Shown one piece after another: positions 41,475-55,106 of a stretch of DNA of 64,000 nt. The stretch is taken from contig ADNK01000260.1 of NCBI GenBank assembly GCA_000320545.1, positions 62,001-126,000 of the forward strand, read 5' to 3'. Numbering within the stretch: the stretch's first letter is position 1; each line of letters opens with the position of its first letter. The stretch is from Bigelowiella natans CCMP2755 (Eukaryota > Protista > Cercozoa). Below the pieces are notes generated by a model that saw only the letters and a list, made by a program, of their open reading frames with translations, did not search any database and was not told the DNA's origin. Position numbers and translations under genes: made by a program.

Positions 41475-41971
41475 AAGCGAGTAGTTGTGTGAATCAGCAG
41501 TAGCATAATGCAGTTTTAATCATGGTGGTGGAATAATCAGAATAGATGTAGTGGAACAACACATGTATAACATGTCTTCTTTATATATAACAATGTGTAA
41601 TAATAAAGGTGGAGCTGGTTGATGCCTTCATGGCGGCAGTCAATGATCCAAATCGAGGCAGTCAATGCCATCAAATGCTTATGGGGTGGGTATACCAGCT
41701 TTCATATACGATCACAACTGCTGCTAATATGCTTCTACTGCTACTTACGATGATGATGATGATGATGATGATGGTATTTCTTGATCACATTACAGTGGTG
41801 GAAAAACTACTGTGGTGGGGCCTTTGTTGGCATTGATGCTAGCGGATGGCAAGACTCTAGTTACACAAATCGTACCAAGAGCATTGCTGGAAATGTCCAG
41901 GGGTGTTATGAGAGAAAAATTCAGTGCCATCGTGAGAAAGGTCTGCTACATACGACATCTTCTGCATACGC

Positions 41972-42002
<31 letters not shown>

Positions 42003-42315
42003 TTTAACAATGATAATAATAACCCAAATCACCCTCACAATTGTATCAACAAGCGGTTATGGTATTATTCTACAAAAGGTTTGTTACACCTCCCCAGCTC
42101 GAAAACTTAACAATCCTCCCTCCTCCTCCTCCTCCTCCCCTCTCATCATATTCCATTTATGTTACCAGTCTGTGTACACGTTTGCCTTCGATCGCTTCAA
42201 GACCATTTCACACAAGATATACAACAAACTCAAGAAAGCTATCAAAAATCGAGCAATCGTTTGCTCACACCCGACTGTAATACTATTTTTTTGTGCTGCG
42301 AATATTATTATTGAA

Positions 42316-42358
<43 letters not shown>

Positions 42359-43151
42359 ATGATACTCCAAGGAGGATTTAAAATGAAAAGAATCTAGTAG
42401 TACCCCTTCCTCCATCAAATCGAATTGGATAACGGTAGTTTATACTACGGTACTATTACTTCTTATTTTGTTAGGCTGTCAAAGCCTTTGCGTTGAAAGT
42501 TGTGGAGTTGATGCATGATGTGGACAAGATGCAATACAGGTGTTTCTATTACCCTTCTCTCCGCCCCCCCTTCTTACTTTCCTCTCCACCACCAACTGCT
42601 TGTAAATGGAAATGCTCTTGGGGACGTCGTTATAATCCACCTTGTTTGGCGATGACATTATAATCATTATCAAACTCTAAATCGTTTCCTTTGATCCATA
42701 CTGCCTTTATACAAACATTCCCATAATTGTTCGGGGGGGGGGGGGGGGGGGTAAAAAGAAATACGATGTTTTTCCGGAGATTCTTCCAAAAAAAGAAAGC
42801 AAATAAGTTAGTTAGCATGAGAAACCTCCCGCACTTGTGTTTGTCTTTACTCTCTATTTCTCTCTCTACTACTACTTCTACTACCATGATATTCACAATT
42901 TTGTTCTGTTTCCCATGATGTCTTTCTGCAAGTTACGTTACTATAGCTCATCGTCAAAGATGTTCGACGTTGTTGTCGTTTGTTTTGCGAATATTAATCT
43001 GATAGATTTCTTCTTTATCACTACCACCCGCAGTCTAAAGCCAGACAGAAACCTAGTCCAAACTTTTAGAAAACAAATAGAGGTGGGTGGGGTATCATCA
43101 TGAGGACTATGTGCTACTTCCACACCTACAAAGATAATTCATAAATTTAAT

Positions 43152-43214
<63 letters not shown>

Positions 43215-43310
43215 CAGCATGCTTGTTAGTGATTATGTGTTGTGTTCCTGCTCAGTATTATCCTAATAACCCCATACATCATTACTGTTGTTTTCGTTAT
43301 CATTATCATG

Positions 43311-43347
<37 letters not shown>

Positions 43348-43648
43348 ACATTGAATGTTTGTTGTCTCATCATCATGATTTTTCAGCTCATTATCACTGA
43401 TGATCATCTAATTACTAGGTTGGAACGAAAGTGTTCCAACTATGGAAACAAGGTGCTTTGTTGATTGATGAGGTTGACCTCGTATTGCACCCCCTCAAAT
43501 CGGAGCTTAACTTTCCTATTGGTAAGAAAGATCAAATACCACTCCTATCATTCTCACAGGATATTATACATATAATATAATATTATGTTGTGATAAAATA
43601 TTTTGGTTTCTTGACCCAAACATTTGTGATTATAATCCTAATAATAAT

Positions 43649-43679
<31 letters not shown>

Positions 43680-44775
43680 GTCAATATACTATCATTAAAG
43701 GCGGCCGGGAGCCACTTGACTTGACGCAGAGTCGTGCGGTAATAATGATGCCATATAATGCATTATTTGTATGTAGCAGTAAGTAGCAGCTGCAAAAATG
43801 GATGCGTTTAATGGAAGAAGAAGATCATCAGTCTGTGTCTTGCTAATGCTACTTACTTTATGGTACTAATTCGTTGGTGCGGTCGTTGGTTATAGGGAGA
43901 GGGACTTCGGTGGGAGCTACCTTGGCACTTATTTGACGCTTTATTTGTCACCATGGGAAGCAGGTAGTAGTAGGAGTACTGCATTTATTTTAATGATGAT
44001 GATGATGATAATGATGATAATGATGATGTGACCAGCAAGGCGGTTGGTTGGGTATCTATTTGTAGTAATCGTTCATTCTTTTTTGGCAAAATGATAACAA
44101 TAATCATAATCATAATCATGATGATGAAAATAGAGCAACTTCATCGGATTCTGCAGAGGCTGACGTGTTGATGAAGAGGTAGGTTGCGGTATTAATGGAA
44201 TGTCAGCATAAATATATCTTCATTATAGCACCATCATCATCAGTATCTTTACCGTCGTCATACTGTTTGATTTCCACATCATCATCATCATCATCATCAT
44301 CATCAGGTGTATCTATTAATATTACTAACATTACTATTACTGTTGTTAATCATTATCATTTTTTAGAATGCGAAAGAAAATCCAACTAGGGTGCGATCTC
44401 CAAACCTTGCAGTCCCAGCCACACCTCATACTCTTGGATCGAGCAGTAACTATCATCTTTAACTTAACATTGCTGCTGCTGCTGCTGCTGCTTAAAATGA
44501 TGATTGCGTCAATTGATGTCTCACCATCATTATCTTGAAGTATCTTATCATCATCATCATCATAGTTCTACAAGAAGGAGTTACTACCTATACTAACCGA
44601 CTGGGCAATAATGTGGCTTACACTGCAGCGTGTTTCCGGTCTCACAGGTGATATGGATCATTAATATACTGCGTAACATATTCTCATTTATACCTTCTAC
44701 TACCTGTGCTATTCATCATTCATTCCATCATCATCGTCATCATCATCATCATCATCGTTCTCTCTGTTGATATCG

Positions 44776-44809
<34 letters not shown>

Positions 44810-45715
44810 ATTTCATAGATAAACAGATGAGAGCATACTTGATGACTCCTAAGAACAAGATCAAACAGGGGCGACAAGGCATTGCCTCAGCGATTGAGGT
44901 TGATGTGGACAGACTTGAGGACGAGTTTGTTAAGCTGCTTAATCTTACTCATGATTGGCTGCATTCTTTCCTGCCCTTCATCTTGCAAAAGGTCATAGTG
45001 AGTGGTGCTACTGCTGGTGACTCTCTTTGTTCGAATCTTGCCCCCCCCCCCTCTTTCCAACCACACTACTCTCGCTTTTGTTTCTCTTTTCCTCCTTCCT
45101 GGTGGGAAGGATGATGGAGTTTGCGCCGTTCTAATCAGTACAAATATTGATGATGATATATCAGATCGATCGGGTGACGTTCGGTCTTTTAAGCGCCGAG
45201 GAGCTAGAAGCAGCTCTCAAACGTGATCCGAAGATGCCGGAGACTCGTCGTGTGTCTGCTGTTCCGTTTGTCGGTTAGTAGCACCAGTAGCAGTATTAGC
45301 AGCATTGCTACACTAATAGATTATCATCATCATCATATTGATAAGCAGAAGCACATACAACAACTATAACTACAACAATAACAACATCCATTACTTCGGT
45401 ACTGTTACTACTAAAATACTCGAATTTACACAATTTTGGTCAACAAATGGATGGGTGGCTTGTTCTTATTTCCTTCTACTACTGCTGCTGCTACTACTAC
45501 TATCACTTCTTTGTAGTTTAAGAATTAACCAACGAATGAATGATTAAACAGGTAAAGATGTTCCTTCGGAGTCATCAGAATTCGCTCATCCAGATATTGT
45601 AATTGGCACGACGATTCTCGCATACCGCTATGAAGGAACAAGGAAGAACGACTTCAGGGAGCTTATGATAAAGCTTCAAAAGTCCATGTGGGAGGTATTA
45701 TATAAGCTACTTCTT

Positions 45716-45754
<39 letters not shown>

Positions 45755-46722
45755 TACCTATGAGCATTGGAGAAATGATTTCAACCGATCATTCTATTTC
45801 CATCTATCAGGAACCAGGCCCCTTCGTGAAAAGGCCATCATCACGCCGTTTCGTCAAGTGGGTGAGCCTTTCAGGAGGACGCGTAAGAGGCACAAAAGGA
45901 GCCAAGAGAACTACCAAAAGAGATCTCGATGGAAAACTATTCAAATCAACAGCATTCCAGGTTAGAAGAAGAAGAAGAAGAAGAAGAAGAAGAAGACGAT
46001 GATAAACGATAATGATGATGATGGTGATGAGGATGCGGCAAGCAGATACACATACTTCTGTCTTTATTACCTTAAAATATGGAACTCAGTGATTCATTAT
46101 TATTCTTCTCTTTTGTTGTATATATTTTGGCATCATGTATCATTAAATTGGGGCATAATCACCATCATCATCGTGTTACGTATGTTGGATGTTGTGCTTG
46201 TGTGTATTTCTCATTTTCCTTCCCCCTTTTCCTCTCTCTATCTCTATTTCTTTCTTTCTCCTTTTTTGGTATGAAACCAACCTCGATTTAAAATAATCAT
46301 TGATGATGATGATTCAAATATAGAACGACCGTTTCCAGCGAAGAAATATTCCTGTGATTTTACTTCTTTTTCATGCCACAAACACACGGACGGCGGCACA
46401 CATATTCATATTGGAACAATGCAGTGATGATGAGCATACTGCTTATTAGCGCATAATAATGCATATTATTATTGCCGCATTATTATGCGATGATTATTAT
46501 TATTATTGTTCTCATCGATTTGTTTATTCTGTTTGTTTCTCCTCATCGTTCTCTTTGTAGTTGTCGGGAGGTAGCCATGGCAACCACAACTTACCAGTAA
46601 ATGGACAACAAAGAGAGTTGGATATATGGCCATTAAGATTGGTACACTAACTTACAAAAAGAAGAAGAAGATCAAGAAGATGTCGTTTGTACGTACGTAA
46701 CTAGTCACTTTACAAGTGTGAT

Positions 46723-46763
<41 letters not shown>

Positions 46764-47382
46764 TTCCTATTGGTCGCGGTGGTTTCTTACTAGGTGTCTA
46801 TGATCTGCTGCAAAAAGAACAACTACCTGCCAACAATTTACATGTGCTCTCTTACTACTACTACTACTACTACTACTACTACACTACTCACACTAAAATA
46901 TTAGATCGATTTTGAAGATCCAGAGCAGTTTGAAGTTCTGTACAAGCTCTTGAACAAGCAGTCTGAGCTCATCCATTTCTACTTGGACAACGACATATTT
47001 CCGTTAGTATGCCGTCATCAAGGTGCTACTAGTAGTTATAGCACTAGTACTAGTACTGTGTTATTTTTCCTTCGTTGCATTTGTACTTGTTCTCAAACTA
47101 GTATTAACGATGAGGATGAAGAGGAGGAGGAGTAGGCCAAACATTTAAAATAACATCAAGAGTCGCCGTGTTAATCATATGCGATGATACCACTTTCATC
47201 ATCATTATATCATCATCATGTAGTCATTTATTGTGGTTGTGTTCGTCCTTTCCCTCCATCTCCCCTTCTCCTCGTTGCTATGCTCTCCTCATAACAGCTC
47301 TCAAGATAAGTGCATCTGGGCAGGAAATTGGAGGTGAAATGTTATTCCAACGACGTCTGGGATTCTCAGGTTGCTTGAAAGC

Positions 47383-47414
<32 letters not shown>

Positions 47415-47857
47415 AGTAGTCGTGTAGTGAGGAAGGAGGAGAACAAAGCTTTCTTACATCTGAACACCATAACTAATGCTTCGTTGATAGCTTTGAATAT
47501 TCATACAAGATTGTTTTTCTCTATTACTACACTCCTCCTCCTCCTCTTAACAATATTGTCTTCTACCTGCCCCTCTTATCTCTTCCTCCTCCTCCTTCTT
47601 CTTCTTCATACTTCTGCTACCACCACCACCACTACTACTCAGGAACACCTTCGAATCTACTGCCGCTGGAACTAGGAGAATGCCAGTATGAGAAGGGATC
47701 TGACGCCAAGATGATGTACTTTCTCACCTCCCCAGATGTAATGGAATATGTTCCAGTACCTATGGGTTGGACAGTCAACTCGGTTAGTAAGTCATAATCA
47801 TAATCATTATGATGATGATGATGATGATGTATCTATGTTCCCTTTTCACCATGATGA

Positions 47858-47898
<41 letters not shown>

Positions 47899-49088
47899 TA
47901 TAATAGGTTTTGGACAACATCGCGCGTGCATCTCCTCCATACCACGCCTTGATTGATACAGGGGCATTAGTTACAGGATACACGAATATTGAAGTGGCGA
48001 TGCGGCTGCTTGAGCGTGGATTACCAACGATGGAGGGAGTGGTAACAATAGCGATAACAATTATCATAATGATATTAGTAGCATATCAACAATGTTTATT
48101 GAGGATATCTTACGTTGATAATAGAAATCAATCATATTATTGAGAGACGCGTGATAGCATATATTTCAATGAATGTAGACAGTATAACAACTTTTAATCG
48201 ATGATTTTACCATCACTACGTAAACCAGTGCTCAAACTATCATCTAATATGCTTACTTTATTCTTGTATCAACTCCTTGATGTTTTTGATGAGAATAGAT
48301 GCTACTTTTTCTATGCGGCACTGCGCCATTGGCGTGAGAGAGCAGCTAATAAGAATAATAAGAATAACAACAACAACCATCATCATCATCATCATCATTA
48401 ACTCATAAACTCCATCATGATTATTACATTATAACAGGTGTTCTTAGATCAGCTAGATCGCAAGATGATATTTCTGCGATCATCACAGAAGGCTGTGCCT
48501 CTCGCACAGTGTGGAGTCCCTAAGCATAAGCGGTTTTCGTTCTATGATCAGGTCTATACAACGATCATACTACGTTACCAGTAGTAGTAGTAGTAGTAGT
48601 GGTAGTAGGGTGACATTGAAAGCATAACAATAAAAAAGAGGAGGAGGGATGATAAGAATGATGGTGCACTTTATTATTTGGTTGGAGTAGTAATAAAAAC
48701 ATAGTTGAGGATCGTAATAAATGGCTAATGAAGACAATAGTTGAGTAGTTTCAACACAACTTCCATTTTTCAATAGCAGCAGCAGCAGCAGCAGCAATAA
48801 ACCATGGTTATTATAATACCACAAGACGTAATAATAAGAGTGTGATCTCATCGTCATCATTCTTCTTCTTGTTGTTCTTGTTCTTGTTGTTCTTGTCCAG
48901 GTTCACACAACAGGAATGGACATTAAGCAAGCACTGAATGCAACAGCAGTGATAACAGTAGGAAAAGATATGACCTTTAGGGACTACGCACAGGTGTTTG
49001 TTTCGTCGTCATATTAGCATCATCTGCATGCAATTACAACCATCATCACAATGTAACAATACCAACATGCTCCTCTTATCCTCCACCG

Positions 49089-49139
<51 letters not shown>

Positions 49140-50736
49140 CATATCATAGGGAGCTTTCCGTATGCGTGGCATCGGTCAAGGGCAGCGGCTACATGCCTTT
49201 GTGATTCCTGAGGTACAGAAGCTTATAAGAGATCAGCTTAATCGTGCTGGACTTCGTGTGGACGATAGTGCAATCTCTAAAGCAGCAGCAGCATCATCAG
49301 GAGGAGGAGGAGGAGGGGGAGATTCCAAAGCAGGAAATAATACCGCTGCTGGTTCCCTCCCTCCAATTCCCAATCCAAGACAATTTCTTGTCAATCTGTC
49401 GGCGTGGCTTGTCATTAACTCGATGCGTATAGAGAAGATCATGTTCAATATGCTCTGTGAGCAAAACTTGAGAAATGTTTGGAGAAAGCTATGTTTCATT
49501 CTGCTGCTCACGCAACAAAAGAAGATTGGGACTCGTGATGGCCAAGGTAATAATATTAATATTAATATGATTTTGCTGCAAATGCTGCAATGCTACCAAT
49601 GTGTTTGTCTTTTGATCGACATTTATGCTGATAAACGATCGATGCTGTTATTAACGGTGATTGATGACTATTTGTTCTTTACCCCCCTACCTTAGGCGAC
49701 ATCGAGGAGGCCATTGACGTGTTCCGTGAGCGACTCGATCACAGTGTGGAGGGCAGTGTACCAGTAGTACAGCGATTTGTGGACAAACTCAAGGACCTCA
49801 CCAACTCAAGGAAACGCTGGATCAAGGACGCTGAGCGCCAAAACACAGTCAAGCAGATTTTATCGTACGTATCACTTGCAGAGAATAAGGGAAAAGGTGC
49901 TGACAAGCAGCTCGATACACCAGCTGCACAGAAAAGAGCATTTGATGCAGAGCAGCAGCAGGAGCAAGAGCAAGAACAAGAACAAGAACAAGAACAAGAG
50001 CAGGAGAAAGAGCAAGAGCAGCAACCCGAACCAGAAAAGGAGGAGTTTGTCAAGAAAAAGTACAAAGTAACTCGCCAACAGCTCCATTCATGGCCGCTTG
50101 AGCTCTTAACTCATGGTATGGAGGAGATAAATCCTAAAACCAGCAAAAAGGGACATCCCGAGTTCTATCATCTCTCTAAATTCAAGCTCTATGCTGACAA
50201 GCTGATAGGGAAGAAGTCGGGCAATCCTCTCGTATTTCCTGAATCGATGTTGGTTTCCAATAACTACTTCCATCCCAAGTGGTGTGTATTGGCTCACAGG
50301 CGTTTGAAGAACGTTGGTGTAACTCTTGAGTGGGTTCCTGATTCTAAGAAACTTGTTATCCCCAAGCCACGTAGCGTCAAAGAGCTGCTTACAAACGAAC
50401 TTGAATCTATTCGCAGAAGCTTCCTCATGTTCTCTGCGTCTGCACGGTCAAGATTAGGATCAGGAGCTCTGCAAAGGCCACCAACGAAGGTAGGCGGTGC
50501 TAACCTTATGGACAAGACAAGAAGTGTTGCTTCAGGGTCCCTCACTGTGTCGGCATCACTCTTCATGTTTGAACCAGATCAGAAAGCAGATTCTGGTGAC
50601 AACAAACACGATAGCATAGAACAAGACGTCATTAGTGTAGCATCTTCAGACATCATCATCATCATCATTCAACGCTTAGTTCAAGATGTACTAGTACTAG
50701 TACTAGCAATTACTATCAGAGCTTTAGATATACGCA

Positions 50737-50777
<41 letters not shown>

Positions 50778-50821
50778 AGTGTACATGCTAGAATAAGATC
50801 ATCAATAAATGACCTACATGA

Positions 50822-50897
<76 letters not shown>

Positions 50898-51226
50898 GGA
50901 CTGAGGTTGGTAGTTGATACGAGAGATGTGATTGGCGTTGAAACGATGAAGCTACAACACGATGAAGCACATACAGAGATACGTGTTAAGCTAAGGAAGG
51001 GATTTGAGAGTAGGCTAGCAAAGATGGATGATGATACTGACGATGATGACGACGATAATAGCGACCACAAGAGGGTACCATTCTTCTACTACTACTACTA
51101 CTACTACTACTACTATGCTATGGCGGTGATGATGATGATGATGACGATGATGACGATGATGACGATGGGTGTACAATAAATGAGTAATGCTTTGTTGTAT
51201 TATCTGTAGTAGTAGAAGAAATTATG

Positions 51227-51258
<32 letters not shown>

Positions 51259-52098
51259 TATGATGATGATCCGCAACGTTTCTATTATAAATGTTAACTT
51301 ATTCGTCGTTCTTGACTATGATCGTTCACAGAACGAGAGGGGGGGCGGCTCGGGGGAATTCGTGACAGACTCGAGAAATCACCTGAAAGCTGCTGATCCT
51401 GGACGGAGAGCATCAGATACTGATGATATTGAAGATTCAAAGCAGCAGCAGCAGCAGCATCTTGGCCCTTCTTCTCCAGCAACAATAGCAAAGGAGATGG
51501 GTATGGTGGTGCTCACAGGGAATACAAACGCTATAGAAAATCTAGCTCAACACCTTCGTTCTCTGGTCAAGTGGTATCATAAAGATAAGAGTATTGAGGG
51601 GGGTAATGAAAGGGATTCAAAGATGGACGATTCCAAGCTCACTCTGGTGGAACTTAGAGAAATGCTAAGAGCACTGGGCATGTTTGTCCAGAACGAAACT
51701 CACCTAAGGTCTCGTCTCAAAGAGCTACAGGTGGGTGGGTGGTTGGTTTGATCGTCGTTTTATTATTAACAATGTGCTCTCATCATCGTCATCGTTATCA
51801 TCATCATCATCATCATCATCATCATCTCATGTACTAAATTTTCATCGTGGTATTCATTTCCCTCTCTTCTTCTACTTCTTATATGATCTTAGGTTATGGC
51901 TGATAGCGGCCTTGATCTAGAGAAGATAACCAAAGTGATGGCGGGCACTGATACGTTCAATCGGGTTCAAGAAGGACGTTATTTTGTCGCAACATCCCTT
52001 AGAGAAGCTGAAGCTTTAAGAGGGTTGTTAGAAGAAGAGGAAGAAGAAGAAGAAGAAGAGAATAGCTAATACATAGTTAGATGATGGTGGCGATTGCT

Positions 52099-52135
<37 letters not shown>

Positions 52136-54101
52136 TGATCATGTGCCGAGGTGGTGCTTGTGGTTCTCTAATAAGTGCTGTTGCTGCAGTAGCAGCAGTA
52201 ATCAATTTGTCGCACATGGTTTAGTGAGATAATAAAATAATATCAATCATCATTGTGTGCATGTGTATCCATTCTCTCTCTGTGTGTGTCTCTGTGTGTG
52301 TGTTGCGGGTGTAGGTGCATACATCTTAGACAAGGGCGTCCACTTGTTGACGGTAAGAACGCTGAGATAGCGTTACGAGTAGGAGATACGATGATTGACT
52401 CAAGTGGGGGGTTCCAAGAGGCAGGACAGTACCAAGGAAGACAAGCAAGGCAGCTCTTTAAATTCTTCAACTCTGATCTCGACTTTGCTGAAAGCGAGGT
52501 CGATCTAAGAGAGGGGGGGGGGGGGAGGAAGAAAGGGGGGAGATGAATTGGTGGCAATAATTATTATTATAGAATGGAAGCTTGCGAAAACGATGACATT
52601 GTTTGACAACAATAGCATCAACACCATTATAATTGAATTGCTCACAGCCAAATCACTGTGTGGTTTTAATGAGTGATGATGCCGATGATATTAGGAACGA
52701 GTATATTGAAAGTAGTAGTACCTTGTGTAATAGATCATCTTTGAAGTTGTTTTTCCCTGCTATGATGTCACATTATGCTGGTAGGTTTCAATGCTGCTTG
52801 CAGGCATAAAGAAAAACGATTTGGAAGCAAGGACAACATGGTTTGAAGATATTCGTTCCGTGAGAAGGAGATCGCGAAAGGACTGGAAGTCGTCGTCTAT
52901 CTCCCCCGTATTTTGCACGGCAAATGAGTATATCCTTCTAGCCAGGCGAGCGGTACTGGCAACAGTGCGTTTACTGATTAAAGTTAACGGCATGCGATTG
53001 TTGGATGCTTTCCGTGCATTTGACTCCAACCATGATGGAATATTGCTGTGCTCCGAACTCTATGGAGGGCTTGAGTGGCTCGGAATGTCGTTGCAACCAA
53101 AGGATATCCATGAGATCGTACGCTACATAGACAAGACAGGGGAAGGTAGAGTAACATGGGAGGATTTCGAGAAAGCTCTCTCTAATCCTGAGCTGGACGA
53201 TCTTGAAGATGACGAGGAGGACTGGGAGATGAAGGGTGGTAGTGGTGGTGTTGCTGGGAACAACAACAACAACGCAAACAACAGAGGCAGCATCATCCTC
53301 AATAACTCTTTCATGAGGGTACATATAAAGCCAAAACCCATGGAAGAGCTGTGGGAAGATCCTCGACTGAAAGGAATTAAGGTGGTTGAAGACATCCCAA
53401 TGCAAGTACTTAAGGAGATAAAGATCAAACCAAAGAGCGTCCCTAACTGGCAAAGCAAGCCACTGTGGGATAGCCGTCATAGCAATGCGAGAACTAAAGT
53501 ATCTGTGTGGGAACCACAAGTTGAACGAAAATTCACGCTCAATCGCAACAAGATGCGTTTCTGCCTCGGATTCTACGCAACAACTTCATACAATAAACCA
53601 AATAAGAGTAAATGCCAGTTGATCGAGCTCACTGACGAGGGAGTGACAAGAGTTTTAAAGTCATCCAATCTGGACGATGCTCATTTGAACCATCTCGTAC
53701 CTCACCCAATACGCTACAAGCAAGTGTGGTCACAAGTTGACAAAGGGTCCTCCTTGTATGCATGGAAGCCCATTCCCCCCAATAAGAACTACGTGGCTCT
53801 TGGGATGGTAGCAACCACGTCAAATAATGAACCTCCCTTGCAAGCAATGCGCTGTGTACCCATCGGATGGACAGTCATTTCAAAAACCCCTCCTAAAAAG
53901 ATATGGACTGATGCAGGCACTGGGGGAAGGAAAGGAAGCATGTGGGTTGTCAACTCCTTTGGAACAGTTGTCTTTGCTGATGGCCACAATGCGCCTCCAG
54001 GCCCTTTTTATGAGCTCAAGGCCCGCAGATTCCATGCGGACGAAGGCTACGTAAAGGGGGCTCATAGTTTGAAACCAGATTTAGAAAGTCAGCTGGCTTA
54101 A
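31091..54101 (+). CDS. Giant (~4,500 aa, ~40 exons) protein: SH3 - coiled coil - SH3 - large unknown region - DUF3638/DUF3645 SF2-helicase-like P-loop core - (EQ)n - EF-hands - Vps62/DUF946-like C-terminal domain
   Basis: SH3-1 VKALYEF..LALKAGDVVEV..KDWWFG..GYFPANFV; SH3-2 VKALYDC..LTEGDII..ESWWYGELNGDVGYFPANYV; HQMLMGGGKTT; LLIDEVDLVLHPLKSELNFPIG; AVPFVGKDVPSESSEFAHPD; GFSGTP; FYDQVHTTGMDI; QGAFRMRGIGQGQ; EF pair FDSNHDGILLCSEL / IDKTGEGRVTWEDF; YAWKPIPPNKNYVALGMVATT..EPP..MRCVP. Domain names are from recalled motifs, not a search. Confidence 0.85.
40141..52560. repeat. Dense intronic microsatellites ((GTA)n, (GAT)n, (CAT)n, (GAA)n, (CAA)n, (TA)n, (CT)n, (CA)n); also in CDKAL1, SVOP and rlmN introns
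   Basis: Visible directly. These tracts explain the many poly-L/V/S/H/Y ORFs in the track. Confidence 0.95.
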
Positions 54102-55106
54102 TAATAGTAATAATAATGATAAGAATAATAAGAATAAAGAACAAGGTGTCACAAATCGGCCAAATATCTAGAATATTAAGGATGTTGTGGCTGCATTATT
54201 GCATGATGGGTTTCAGCACAAAAGGATAGCGGCGTCACGGCATGAAAAACCTTTGCATTTATTTCTTTTAGTTAGCTTTCATAGAACGTAATTGTAATAA
54301 AAGCGTAGCTAGCCACTGACATCTATACAGCCCTAGAAACTACACATGTTCGTATACGTGCGGACGCTACATAGCCCTATAAGGCTATAGACATCTATTG
54401 GCGATTGCTGTGCATCATCATATATATCTTTGATTATCAGTGTTGCAGTATGCATATGCGTCTAGTTACCATGAATGCATGTCGTCTGCTGCTTTCTATA
54501 GCCGATCCCTTCGATCTAGCCTTCTAGCTTTCTGGCTTAGATCGAAGCTTTGCATGCATGACTCATGTTTGATCACACGGCTACAATGCTTTTATACTTT
54601 GCATAAGCATGTCTATCATTTGCTATTTGATCTACCTACAGCTATATATTAGAATATACAATAATTTATTAAGCGCTGTAACCGCAGCCAACTTTGCACA
54701 CAAAGCTAGGCTACATTATTAGGATGACAATTGAAATTTTGAATACATTCATTACATGCATCTCACACGTTAGAGTACCACCATTAAGCACGCTGCCTGG
54801 CTATAGCTCATGTGGGACGATAATGCATTGAATGAAAACAAAGCCGTTATGCGTGTGATGTAGCAGATACTGTGAAACCACCATTGTGCGACTCGCCTTG
54901 CTATGATGAAAACGCTGGGCATTGGCATTGGCATTGAACCTCACGCAGCCTCCTAGCCTCTTATAGACTTTGCACTCACACCTTCAGATGGCTAGGTGGC
55001 GAGATGGCTAGATTGGGTGCCGCGCGTTTTTGCTCAAGTTTTAGACAGCATGGCATTGCATGCTAGATATGCACAAACTATTTGCAAACAAGATCTTACT
55101 TAAATA

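Noticed and set aside
14500-52600. Dozens of short ORFs with poly-L/V/S/H/Y/M or (CV)n/(ER)n/(HT)n runs
   Set aside because: They are translations of intronic microsatellites, or antisense and off-frame shadows of real exons.
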